NCBI RefSeq assembly: GCF_001194135.2
Contig: NC_068983.1
Coordinates: 14,305,701-14,369,700 of the forward strand
DNA from: Octopus bimaculoides
Taxonomy: Eukaryota
Direction of reading: 5' to 3'
Length of the DNA: 64,000 bases
The notes beneath the pieces were generated by a model that searched no databases, had not been told where the DNA came from, and worked only from the letters and a program-made list of their open reading frames with translations. Shown piece after piece: positions 1 to 11,199 of the stretch (the stretch's first letter is position 1; each line of letters begins with the position of its first letter). Position numbers and translations under genes: made by a program.

Positions 1-52
<52 letters not shown>
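1..52. repeat. (AC)n microsatellite (one of dozens of AC/TA/AAT/ATCT tracts in the window)
   Basis: Direct reading. Confidence 0.95.
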
Positions 53-59
<7 letters not shown>

Positions 60-504
60 CACGAGTCCGCAAACGTACGTGTATGAACAGAACTACATAT
101 GTCTGCGCGCTCTCGCATGTATACATAAATATATGTGTGCTTATGTAAAGCACTTGTAGGTTCCGCAACATAGCGGTGCAATAAATAGCATGAGATAGAA
201 TAAGAGCTAGACGGAACTAAGTAGTGAGTATCAATACAGTCGGAGAAAATTCCCGAATGCTGTACCCTAATATTGGTGCAGTTCAATAACCGGAACAACT
301 GAAAGAGGGTGATTAAAATAAAATAAAACTGAGTTTTCTCATAATGTCCTTATTACTCATTGGCGCAGTACAAGCTTTTTATCTGAAAGAAGCAGTTATT
401 GAAAAAAAAAATTTTTTTTCGTTGAAAATCACTAATAAAATAAAGTGTCGAATTTTATCCCGTATTTCCAACAGTAAAATTAATTAGAAAAGGAATAGAT
501 TTTT

Positions 505-797
505 CATTTGCGTTAATTATAATCCATACCCAGGGTGACATGATACCAAAACATCCGGTTAAATCTATTTGTCAATAAGCATCTCAACGACTTGTTTAAT
601 ATGGAATTAATTATAATACCTGAGATTATGAAATGGATTTAAATTACAACTTCCACGTAGCCATCCAATTTGTTAGATATAACAGTCAAATCTCCCTCAC
701 ATCAATCTCAAATGTCTTCAAAACCATAGGATTTTGATGGCCAGATGCTTACGATGTTGGGATTCTTCTATTAAGGTTGACCTGGGGTTAAACTACA
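505..797 (+). mobile_element. Interspersed repeat family C (unclassified, probably a retroelement 3' tail)
   Basis: 'cagtcaaatctccctcacatc...ggttgacctggggttaaactacaa' resembles segments at 14.7, 21.0, 28.8 and 47.5 kb. Confidence 0.45.
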
Positions 798-809
798 AAT
801 ATCTTTTTC

Positions 810-1231
810 CTTCTTTTACTTGTTTCAGCTGTTGGATTGCGGCCACACTGTAGCACTTCCTTGAAGGGTTTAGTCCAACAAATCGACCATAGTACTTATC
901 TGTAAGTCTGGTACTTACTCTATCATTTCTTTTGCTGAACTGCTAGGTTACGGGCAGGTAAACTCCCCAACGCCGGTTGTCAGGCTGTAGTGGGCAACAA
1001 CCCCCCACACAACACTCACTCTGTCCTCTTTCAGTCTCTCCTCTCCCTCTCTATTTCTTTCTCCTCTTTCCTTCTCTCTCTCCTCTTTCCCTCTCTCTGT
1101 CTCCTCTTTCCCTCTCACTCTCATCTTTCCTTCTCTCTCTCTCTCCTCTTTCTCTCTCCTCTTTCTCTCTCCTCTTTCTCTCTCCTCTTTCTCTCTCCTC
1201 TTTCTCTCTCCTCTTTCTCTCTCCTCTTTCC

Positions 1232-1262
<31 letters not shown>

Positions 1263-1392
1263 CTCTCTCCTCTTTCTCGCTCCTCTTTCTCTCCTCTTTC
1301 TCTCTCCTCTTTCCCTCTCTCTCTCCTCTTTTCCTCTCTCTCTCCTCTTTTCCTCTCTCTCTCCTCTTTCCCTCTCTCACTCCTCTTTCCCT

Positions 1393-1424
<32 letters not shown>

Positions 1425-1613
1425 CTCTTTCTCTCTCCTCTTTCNNNNNNNNNNNNNNNNNNNNNCTCTCTCTCTCTCTCTCTCTCCTCTTTCTCTCTCC
1501 TCTTTCTCTCTCCTCTTTCTCTCTCCTCTTTCTCTCTCTCTCTCCTCTTTTCCTCTCTCTCTCCTCTTTTCCTCTCTCTCTCTCCTCTTTCCCTCTCTCA
1601 CTCCTCTTTCCCT

Positions 1614-1645
<32 letters not shown>

Positions 1646-1970
1646 CTCTTTCTCTCTCCTCTTTCTCTCTCCTCTTTCTCTCCTCTTTCTCTCTCCTCTT
1701 TTCCTCTCTCTCTCCTCTTTTCCTCTCTCTCCTCTTTTCCTCTCTCTCTCCTCTTTTCCTCTCTCTCTCCTCTTTCCCTCTCTCTCTCTACATTCTCCCT
1801 CTTTCTCCTCGCATATACGCACGCGCGCACACATTTAGATACGACGATTTTTTTTCAGTTCCCGTCCACAAGGCTTTGGTTGGCTCGGGGCTATAGCAGG
1901 ACACCCAAAGTGGGGTCGAACCCAAGCCCACATAGTTGGGAAACAAGCATCTTAACCATACTGCCATTCC
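810..1970 (-). mobile_element. tRNA-derived SINE family A with a hugely expanded internal simple-repeat linker
   Basis: Head (1845-1970) and 3' half (810-1005) match the family-A copies at 33774 and 61223. Confidence 0.7.
1015..1810. repeat. CT-rich complex repeat (~14-mer ctctcctctttct-type units mixed with (CT)n)
   Basis: Direct reading; produces the spurious S/L/F-rich and E/R/K-rich ORFs. Confidence 0.9.
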
Positions 1971-3055
1971 ATTTACAGACCCATTCATCATACTCTATTT
2001 CTCAATTCTTCACCATTGCATTTATACAAGGACGCATGTCTTTCTCTATATGTCTCTATCTCTTCACATGCATATATACTCACAAACCCGTCCACACACG
2101 TGTACTCAAACGTATTAACTAAAGGAATCAAAACGTGCTATATACTCAAGTTACTGGTATTTCTTCATGCGGGTGATTATAATAACGAATGTAAACAATT
2201 CCTAGCTAGTCATAAAAAATTATTATTGATTATTAGTAATTATGTTTCATAACTTGGTGTTATTTTTTATAATTATGTGGTTCTATACAATTATGATTAT
2301 TATTAAAGCGGCTGCAGAAGTTTTAAATGACGTCTTGAAAGATCAATGATAATGTAATTTTTTTCTTTTATTTCTTCTACAATATGACTCTTCACATCTG
2401 TCAAAGTCACTTATAAACTTTAGGCCATATCATATAAACATTTGTTATTGTTTTTATGCTGAAGTTAACCTACGTAATGCTACAAATCGCGGTCTAAAAT
2501 ATATAGACATTGCATTCGTGTATAAATACAATACATCTTCATTAGATAGAGATACGTAACTTCATACTTATACACACACGCGCATATTTATATATATGTA
2601 TATGTGTGTGAGTGTGTATATACAAACATATATCCATATATACATAGATGTATAATACATAAACCACTATGAAATCGTCAAGATGAGGGACGTATCTGCC
2701 AATACTATATCATAAATGACGCAAAAGAGATGGGAGATATTTATTAAAAAGAAAAATAAGAATTTATTAATAAACATATACTCTCAGAGATATTTTTCTA
2801 CTGAATCTGTAAACTCATAAACGAAAAATTTTATATTATATATTATGAAAAATGTAAATATTCTCGTGCTGAATAAATATTATTACAACTTCTTAATACA
2901 TATGGTGTTTTTAAAGGTAAAACAAATTTGCTTCACTTTTAATTCTTTTCAGTTAACTGGAGAAACTGATTATTCCTTCAATATATTTTTACCATTTTAC
3001 TCGAGTTAGTTTCCCACCTCGCGATGGGAAAACACAAACACAAAGGTACACCTAC

Positions 3056-3103
<48 letters not shown>

Positions 3104-3169
3104 TTATATATATACATATACATAACACGTATAAATATATGTATATTTGATCTCTAGCAGACGAGGGGT

Positions 3170-3219
3170 CCAGTACAGAAGAGAGGCAGAAATAGCCCGA
3201 AACCAAGCTAGTCGGCTGG
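3170..3219 (+). ncRNA. Type-I hammerhead-like motif, left arm (core mutated to CAGAAGA)
   Basis: ccagta-CAGAAGA-g-aggc-agaaata-gccc-GAA-AC-caagcta-GU-C-ggctgg. Confidence 0.6.
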
Positions 3220-3539
3220 TCCCATCGCTAGAATGTAGTAGGGGTTCACTTCCCTGCTTGCAATATCTCGGATGCAGCTGTGCATTGTTCATCAGATAGA
3301 GATGTCATCTTGGGGTTAAAAAACATGTCGAAGTGGCTACGAACATTACTCGTCAGTGCAACTACTGCGTTTATCTCAGAGATAGATTTTAAAACAAACA
3401 TGGATGTCCATTCGAACGGATTTTACTGCTGTTTTTTTAAACCCAAGACAATATCTCTTCTACCTGGTTAACAATGCACAGCTGCGTCCGAGATTTGGCA
3501 AACAGGGGAGCGAACCCCTACCACATTCTAGCGACGGGA

Positions 3540-3589
3540 CCAGTAAACTAATCTCGCTTTAGGCTATTTCCGCCTCTCTTCAGTACTGG
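3540..3589 (-). ncRNA. Type-I hammerhead-like motif, right arm (GAAAC decayed to AAAGC)
   Basis: Minus strand: ccagta-CUGAAGA-g-aggc-ggaaata-gcct-aaagc-gagatta-GU-U-tactgg; perfect 6-bp stem I and 4-bp stem II. Confidence 0.6.
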
Positions 3590-3817
3590 ACACCTCGTCT
3601 GCTAGAGATCATATATACGTATATTTATACGTGTTTGTGTGTATATATATGAATATATATNNNNNNNNNNNNNNNNNNNNNNNNNNNNNNNNNNNNNNNN
3701 NNNNNNNNNNNNNNNNNNNNNNNNNNNNNNNNNNNNNNNNNNNNNNNNNNNNNNNNNNNNNNNNATATATATATATATATATATATACTTTATTTAAAAG
3801 CAACAGAAATATAACAG

Positions 3818-3863
3818 AAAACTGTTACTCGGAGTTTCACGTTCCCGTTCATCGGACAGTTTT
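3818..3863 (-). ncRNA. Minimal type-I hammerhead, CCGAUGA core variant
   Basis: Minus strand: aaaactgt-CCGAUGA-acg-ggaa-cgt-GAA-AC-tccga-GU-A-acagtttt. Confidence 0.75.
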
Positions 3864-3868
3864 GTTAG

Positions 3869-3912
3869 AAACTGTCCGATGAACGGGAACGTGAAACCCC
3901 GAGTAACAGTTT
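3869..3912 (+). ncRNA. Minimal type-I hammerhead, CCGAUGA core variant
   Basis: aaactgt-CCGAUGA-acg-ggaa-cgt-GAA-AC-cccga-GU-A-acagttt. Confidence 0.75.
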
Positions 3913-4305
3913 TTGTTATATATCTGCTACTTTTAAATAACTCATATTACTCTACCTCTGGTATTTGAATACTCTCTTTTCCACCTTGTTGCACAATTAT
4001 GTGCTTACTCCGGTATATACATATATATGCATATATATATTATACACAAGTATTGAGGATGTAATTTCCTCTAAAGGGATTATTTTTAATAATCCGGAGA
4101 CCAACTGGTGCTATCAAATATATTAAAAGACAGTTCCACAATATATATGCATGAACAGTCCAATAATGTGTAAAGTTAATAAAGGAAAATGGAGAAGAAA
4201 AAATATAGAGGATGCTTGGGTAAATCTAATTGTATCAATGAAAAAGTAATACATATAAGATTCAGGATATAAAGGGACCGGATCAACAAAAGAAATAACT
4301 AAAAA

Positions 4306-4408
4306 TATCCTACATATGTTTCAATCCAGCTTTAGGTTTGAATTATCAGCATTCAAGCTATTTTAGATGTAAAAAATCCCCACATTTAGTCGGGTGTCTT
4401 CAGGGATA
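4306..4408 (-). ncRNA. Hammerhead-like motif with long stem-II insertion
   Basis: Minus strand: tatcc-CUGAAGA-[~80 nt]-GAA-AC-atat-GU-A-ggata; perfect 5-bp stem I, palindromic stem III acatatgt. Confidence 0.55.
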
Positions 4409-5289
4409 GATGTGTACTTTCAAGTGTTGAACAACGAAACAAAGTAAGGTGAGGACCGTGTTTTCAAATATTCGAACGTAAACAATATTCTATTAGGATG
4501 CCGAGTTCATGTGAAGAGATACACATTGAAAATTTGCCAAAATACTATAATGTATTAGAAAAATATACATATAAGAGATTAATGGAAATAAAGAAGTCCT
4601 TAATTATAATATGGGATATTATGGGCTTTTAGGGGTATTAAAGACAGAATGAGAGATGAAATAGATTTTTGAGGGGAAAAAACATTAATGATTTTGGGAA
4701 ATAAAAGAGAAAAATAGCTCTGTATATATTATAAGTATTAATTATTTAACATTTCTATGTACTAACATATACATTCCAATATTTAGAGATAAGTTATTGT
4801 ATACACACTACGGAGATGAATATGAATATTTATGTGAAAAAAATACTTGTGTATAGAGAAAAGTAGATTTTATGAGGGGGAAAATAACGAAAAGAGATGA
4901 AAGGGGAGGAAAGTGGGATAGGAACACAAATGATTTATCATGTGTAGTATAAGATAAAAAAAAGAAAAGAAATGGATTAAGAAATAAAAGAGAAGGGAAA
5001 ACAATTCGTTTATATTATACTACTATATTGTTTTTAGAATGTCATTTGGAGAAAAGTTATTATTTGGGATTTCAATGGAGTAAGAAATATTTTCCGTTGT
5101 TCTAAGAAAAAGTATTAAGTATATAAAATGACTATATTGCACTTACTTCTGAGCGGAATGAATATTTTTATGTCAATTTTTTTTTAATGTGATGTAGTTT
5201 ATAATAGTAATGACTAGTAATCTCCCTTTGTATATACGTATATTCCATTTAACAATGAAATAAGCATTCTTTTCTACTGTGAGCACAAT

Positions 5290-5463
5290 GTCAGAAATTT
5301 TGGTGGAGGGTGGCAGTCCATCACGCAACTGGTACTTAATTTATCGACTCCGAAAGGATGAAAAGCAAAGTCGACCTCGGCGGAATTTGAACTCAGAACG
5401 TAAAGACAGACAAAATACCGCTAATCATTTCACCTGGCGGGCTAACGTTTCCACCAGCTCGCC
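5290..5463 (-). mobile_element. tRNA-derived SINE family B inserted into the PLE endonuclease region
   Basis: Reverse complement begins ggcgagctgg... and contains the family core 'cttttcatcctttcggagtcgataaattaagtaccag'. Confidence 0.85.
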
Positions 5464-5479
5464 TATATGTTGTATTACT

Positions 5480-5700
5480 ATCTTTACGTTTCCAGATAAA
5501 TTTACTAAGACCTGTGCTATTTCTTTTATTAATATTTCTAAAAGAGGCTTCATGGTTAGCGATACGAAATTTCACGTAACACGCTGTGGCTCCACCATAG
5601 TAGAAATATTTACCTTCGGCTTCAATGTAGCTTGGTATACTAGGATTCTCCGTTTAGAGTAATTGTTAAATTTACAATTTTCCTTTACTCTACAGTCACA
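5480..5700 (-). pseudogene. PLE Cys-linker plus GIY-YIG endonuclease N-half (frameshifted)
   Basis: CDCRVKENCKFNNYS-KRRILVYQAT/..EGKYFYYGGATACYVKFRIANHEASFRNINKRNSTGLSKFIWK. Confidence 0.75.
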
Positions 5701-5986
5701 TAAGTACATTTAGATCATTATTACTTGCGTTGGATGTGTTTGTATTACTGCTCCTCTTTAGTCTGTTAATTTCAAGTCATTTTTGGTATTATTTGTGTTC
5801 CTAGTTGGAGCGGGTGCTATTTCTATTTGTGTAATACTCATCAAGTTTAATATTATTCTTTTCTACTCTAGGCACAAAGCCCCAAATCTTGGTGGAGGGG
5901 GTGGCATATCGATTATATCTAGTATTTACTAGATGGGAAATGTTTATCTATTATGGAAAGGATTACACTGATAAGGTTTGTCTTTA

Positions 5987-6020
<34 letters not shown>

Positions 6021-6046
6021 GCTACTACTACTACTACTACTACTAC

Positions 6047-6084
<38 letters not shown>

Positions 6085-6229
6085 TATGCCTGTTGAGGCT
6101 TTTATGGTTGCTATTTGCTTTATGTTTTATATATGGAATATATTTCTTACGTTTTAAGTATTTATTAGTTTTTTTTATTAATTCTGTAGTTAGATTCATG
6201 TTGATTGAGATTCATATTATTATTATTAC

Positions 6230-6290
<61 letters not shown>

Positions 6291-6407
6291 GGATTGATTA
6301 TTTATATTTTTATTGTTATGCTTATTAATTCTAATTATAGATTCATTTTTATTCATAGACAATTTATCATTTATCTGGTTGCCTGTCTGCGGGTTATCAT
6401 TATTTGT

Positions 6408-6725
6408 TTACCCTGCCTTAGCTAATGGTGAGTTATAATAATCATATTTATATTTAAAATTTCTTGACTAGATGAGAGGTAATTAATTCTGCGTTGAATA
6501 TTTTTAACTAAGTGTTTAGTTATTGTTTTGGGATGATTACTTTCATAATTAATATATGTTAACTTTGAATTAGGCTTGTGATATGGTGCATGGTTACCTG
6601 TGAGTAAATTAAAATTGACATCTTCAAAGTTTACGGAACTATGCTCGTTTTCTACGGAAATTTTTAGGTCAAATATATTAAAGAATTTGTGAATTTTTTT
6701 CTTGTAATTTTCTATTACTTTTAGT
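6408..6725 (-). pseudogene. PLE reverse transcriptase C-terminus/thumb remnant
   Basis: ...DLKISVENEHSSVNFEDVNFNLLTGNHAPYHKPNSKLTYINYESNHPKTITKHLVKNI/RINYLSSSQEI..., matching the PLE VNFLD..PY.KP....YI...SNHP pattern. Confidence 0.75.
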
Positions 6726-6727
6726 TC

Positions 6728-7106
6728 TGTAAACGTAGAAACTTAGTATACCAAGATACAGTTGAAGCCGAAGGTAAATATTTATATTATGGTGGAGCCA
6801 CAGCGTGTTACGTGAAATCTCGTATAGCTAACCATGAAGCCTCTTTTAGAAATATTAATAAAAGAAATAACACAGGCCTTAGCAAATTTATCAGGAAACT
6901 TAAAGATAGTAATACAACTTATGAAATTCGATGGAAAATTCTAAATAATCCTCTACCCTAAAGATCACCAGCCAGGATATGCACGCTCTGCCTAGATGAA
7001 ACGCATCACATCCTATTCTCGAAGCAGAATCTCGTAAATGATAAATCCGAAAAAAAATTACCAATGTTTACATGCACATTAATATGATCTTTCTAAATTT
7101 ATATAA
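6728..7106 (+). pseudogene. GIY-YIG endonuclease of PLE (in-frame TAA at 6959-6961, frameshift in the A-run near 7050)
   Basis: CKRRNLVYQDTVEAEGKYLYYGGATACYVKSRIANHEASF...YEIRWKIL...ICTLCLDETHHIL...LVNDKSE/NYQCLH. Confidence 0.8.
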
Positions 7107-8806
7107 TCATATAATTGTTTTCCAATACATATCATTTCACTAACTTATAATAATAACATATAATGCATTGGATATAAAATTACACTACTATGTTTATATA
7201 TAAACATTACCTATTCCGATGGTGCATACACTTCATCCTGATCACATCTTTAATAAAAAATCTTACTGTTTAATTATTAGTATTTATAATACCATCTACA
7301 TATTATTCAAAAACATCTTTTCTTATTGGACGCATAATTACAACCCCCATTTTATATACCCACAATCCTTAATTAACCCTTAATATTAATATTTTTTAAA
7401 TTATGAACTTAATATTTAATCTCAAACTTATCATAATACAATAATATAATATCCCCTCCATTGCTAATCCCAAAACTATAGCTCCTATTTTTATTTCCGT
7501 TGATTTAACTCACCTATATTCAATTTTTATTTAAACTCTAAAACTTAATCCCAAACTCTATTATCAATTTATTCTCAATTCTATACATAATATCCTCTTC
7601 TTGGTCAATTCCAATATTTTTTCATCCATATCAATATATGTACAAACATTGAAATTATAAATTGTATATTAGTTCTCAGCAGCATATTCAATATTCCATA
7701 ACTTAAAATGTTCCATATTAACCGATATAACCCATATTTTCCATATTAACCCATATAACCCACATTTTAAACCTATGATATTAGCACGCTTGTTTATTAA
7801 AACAATGATCACATAAACCATAATTAATACCATAATATCAATATAAATTTAATCCATTGATCTCTCATATTTGAAATTATAACATTCAAAAGCTCTAATA
7901 TCAAACTTATCCCGATTTTATAAAATAATCTGTAATACTTATTTCATTGTTAGATAGAATATACATATATACAAAGGGAGATTACTAGTTATTACTATTA
8001 TAAATTACATCACATTTAAAAAATTTTTGACATAAAATTATACATTCTTCTCACAAGTAAGTGCTATATAGTCTTTTTACATACTTAATACTTTTTCTTA
8101 GAACAACGGAAAATATATCTTAGTCCGTTGAAATCCCAAATAATAACAATTATTATAACTTTTCTCCGAATAACATTCTAAAAACAATATCGTAGTATAA
8201 TAGAAACAAATTGTTTTTCCCTTCTCTTTTATTTCTTAATCTATTTTTTGTATCTTATCCCCCACATAAAAAATTATGTGTTTTTATCCCACTTTTCTCC
8301 CGTTTCATCTCTTTTCGTTATTTTCCCCCGTCATAAAATCTACTTTACTCTCTATACACTTAAGTATTTTTTCACATAAATATTTATATTCATCTCCGTA
8401 GTATGTAAACAATAACTTTTCTCTGAATATTGGAATGTATATATTAGTACATTAAAACTATAAATAATTAATAGTTATTATAATGTGTATAAAGTTATTT
8501 TTCTCTTTTATTTCCCCAAATCATTTATGATTTTCCCCTCAAAAATCTATATAATCTCTCATTCTGTCTTTAATACCCTTAACAGCCCAAAACATCCTAT
8601 ATTATAATTAAATGTCTTCTTTATGTCCCTCAATTCCTTATATGTATATTTTTCTAACACATTATAGTATTTTATCAAATTTTCAATGTATAATATCTCC
8701 TCACATGAACTCGGCATCCTAATAAATTATTGTTTACGTTTGAATATTTGAAAACACGGTCCTCACCTCACTTTATTTAGTTGTTCAACACCTGAAAGTA
8801 CACATC

Positions 8807-8911
8807 TATCCCTGAAGATACCCGACTAAATGTGAGTTTTTTTTTTACGTCTAAAATAGCTTGAATGCTGATAATTCAAACCTAAAGGTGGATTGAAACA
8901 TATGTAGGATT
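8807..8911 (+). ncRNA. Hammerhead-like motif with long stem-II insertion (second copy)
   Basis: tatcc-CUGAAGA-[~76 nt]-GAA-AC-atat-GU-A-ggatt. Confidence 0.5.
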
Positions 8912-8980
8912 TTTTAGTTATTATTTGTTTTGTTGATCCGGTCCCTTTATATCTTGAATCTTATATGTATTACTTTTTGC

Positions 8981-9186
8981 CTTTGTGTTAATCCGCCACA
9001 ACCGCTTGGCAGTCGGTGTTGGTTTGTTTAAAGCCCTTAGCATAGTTGTTCGGCAAAACACCGATAGGATAATTATAACTCATACAAAATAAATACTGGA
9101 GTCGATTTGTTCGACTGAACCTTTGAAGGTGGTGCTCCAGCACGGTCGCATTCCAGCGAGTGAAACAAGCGAAGAGAGGGTAAGAG
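8981..9186 (+). mobile_element. SINE family A, 3' half
   Basis: ...gtcgatttgttcgact...ggtgctccagcacggtcgca...gaaacaagcgaagag matches the family-A tail. Confidence 0.75.
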
Positions 9187-10037
9187 ATGTTCATTCTCAA
9201 GCAACGTTTTTCAGCACTTCTTATCGAAATCTTTAATCGCTCTATCAGTATATATTTCAATGTATGGTTACTCGTGGAGTAGATCACCCTAATAGCTGCT
9301 CTGTTGTTATACTTTAAGCATCTTTAGTGTACTTTCATTAACTTTCATTCACTGTCATAGTTCTCACAAAGCCAGGTTTACTGAAAACATCCTTCTACAT
9401 CAATCACACATGTCTGCGTAATCTTTTATTCTTGATAACCAGAGGCAGAACAGTTAACTATATGAACATCAGCAATTATCTGATACTTTCTTTAATTATC
9501 GACCCCAGAGTAATAAAAATTAAAGTTGCGTCCAGTCGGATTAGAACTCATAATATTAAATTTTTGCATCAAAAATCTCAAGGCATTTTCCCGTTGCTCA
9601 AACGATTCTGACATCCCGACGTAACTGCAACAATAAGCGTCGTACATTGGTTACATCCTATATAAAGCGTTCAATATTAATCTATTTTCATCAAATGTTT
9701 ATTCAAGAAAACGGGAAAACATTTAATTTGACATGGAAACGCACGTTTATATTAAAAATGAAATAAACTTTCCGTACACATGCCAAAGAGTAAATATATT
9801 ACAAGAAATAAGAACATAAATATTTTGCAGTATATATATGTAAACAGTGTAATATTTATATAAACACACACATGTGTGCATGCATGCGTTTCTTTGTATG
9901 TATGAATGTATGTATGTACGTACGTGTGTGTTTATGTATGTATGCATGTTAGAAAGTATGTAGGTATGTATGTATATGTGTATATATAGGAGTGTATCTA
10001 TGTGGGTGTTATATATATATATATNNNNNNNNNNGTG

Positions 10038-10074
<37 letters not shown>

Positions 10075-10535
10075 CACACGTGACCAGCGGCTATCTTTCT
10101 TTCCTCTCCTTGCGCTACAAGAGACGACACACATCTTTGCCTGTCTCCTGTCAAAGCTTGTTTTTCTCTTTTTCTCCAGCGTTCACCACTTCACCTCGTT
10201 ATGGCTTAACAACCCTAAGCGTTTGTTTTTACTGTTTTGTTCTTACTGTCCTGTTTTTGTTACCACTTTACCCATCCGCAAATCCTAAATTTTATTTAAT
10301 TTGCTTTTCGGGAACGACTGTTTTAACGAAGTCGCGTCTCTTCCCAAGCGTTTGAAACGCAGAGTAGATAAAACAGGGCACAACTGATGACGGGATTATT
10401 CTTTATGTTGCCTGTTTCGTCTCTCTATTTGTTTCTTTCGTTGTTCGAAAGAAGTTCGTTTTCTAAATTTTTGTTTTTTCATGTTCTCGTTTTTCATGTT
10501 GTCCACGTTTTTTGACGCCCTGTACCCATATATGC
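10075..10535. mobile_element. (TA)n-flanked repeat, probable PLE pLTR-type fragment
   Basis: Homologous to 49050-49490; contains GAAAC-gcaga-GUA and CUGAUGA motifs. Confidence 0.55.
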
Positions 10536-10586
10536 ATGTGTATTTACGTATATATGTAGGCATGTACATATATGTATATATATATA

Positions 10587-10635
<49 letters not shown>

Positions 10636-11199
10636 GAGTAAATGAAGGGGACGTTCCTACTACTTTCGCAACTCCTTCAAGATTTGTGAGATCGAAGTAT
10701 TTGAATACGAATGTTATAGATAAAGATGTATCTACGGAGGATATTCTGGAGAGCGGACTTTTCTGCAGCCTGGGATAAATCGATTATTACGGTGTGGAGA
10801 GGTTACGTGTGCAGCAACGGATGATGGTGGTGGAGAGGAATATTAGTGATTCAGGTGAACCTGAGCGGAGGTAGCACAGTCTAAGTGAGTAGGATCAGAG
10901 AGGTTTTAGATTAAGTAAGGCGGCATCACCTATGGATATATAGTAGAAATACTGTTACAGATGTTGAGCAGTATTCAATTTCGGTATTCATGTAAGCTTT
11001 TTATAAGTGATTGAGTATTTTCTGTCAGCGTTTGTCATGCAGTATAAGTATTAGATAATGTTAACATATTAAAAGTAAATCTGAGTAATGTAAATGATTG
11101 GTAATATCCGAACCACAACAAAAGGAAACAACTCATATATTTGCAAACGCTGTTATGAAATTTAACATATTTGAGAAAGAACAAGTAGTTACAGGATTC

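Larger units (their letters stand above)
3148..3611. mobile_element. Foldback element with ~180-bp inverted arms, each containing a hammerhead-like motif (non-autonomous PLE derivative or MITE)
   Basis: tgatctctagcagacgagg... at 3148 is the reverse complement of ...cctcgtctgctagagatca ending at 3611; homology continues inward to ~3326/3430. Confidence 0.85.
3790..4012. mobile_element. ~220-bp (TA)n-flanked unit: 150-bp palindrome carrying two HHRs plus a unique tail (PLE pLTR-like)
   Basis: 3790-3862 is near-perfectly complementary to 3869-3940; related copies at 42851 and 57855. Confidence 0.8.
4243..6725 (-). mobile_element. 5'-truncated Penelope-like element, copy 1 main body (RT end, linker, GIY-YIG, AT-rich 3' UTR)
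   Basis: RT-thumb and EN peptides on the minus strand; 4243-5260 is the reverse complement of ~7940-8975. Confidence 0.8.
6727..8975 (+). mobile_element. Inverted 3' arm of PLE copy 1 (endonuclease plus full 3' UTR)
   Basis: Inverted homology to 5480-5650 and 4243-5260. Confidence 0.8.

Noticed and set aside
977-2122. 381-aa, 282-aa and 259-aa ORFs
   Set aside because: Translations of the CT-rich repeat; low complexity, span an N gap
5889-6425. 178-aa ORF with poly-T/poly-I
   Set aside because: (ACT)n/(ATT)n expansions inside the PLE linker, antisense to the real PLE frame
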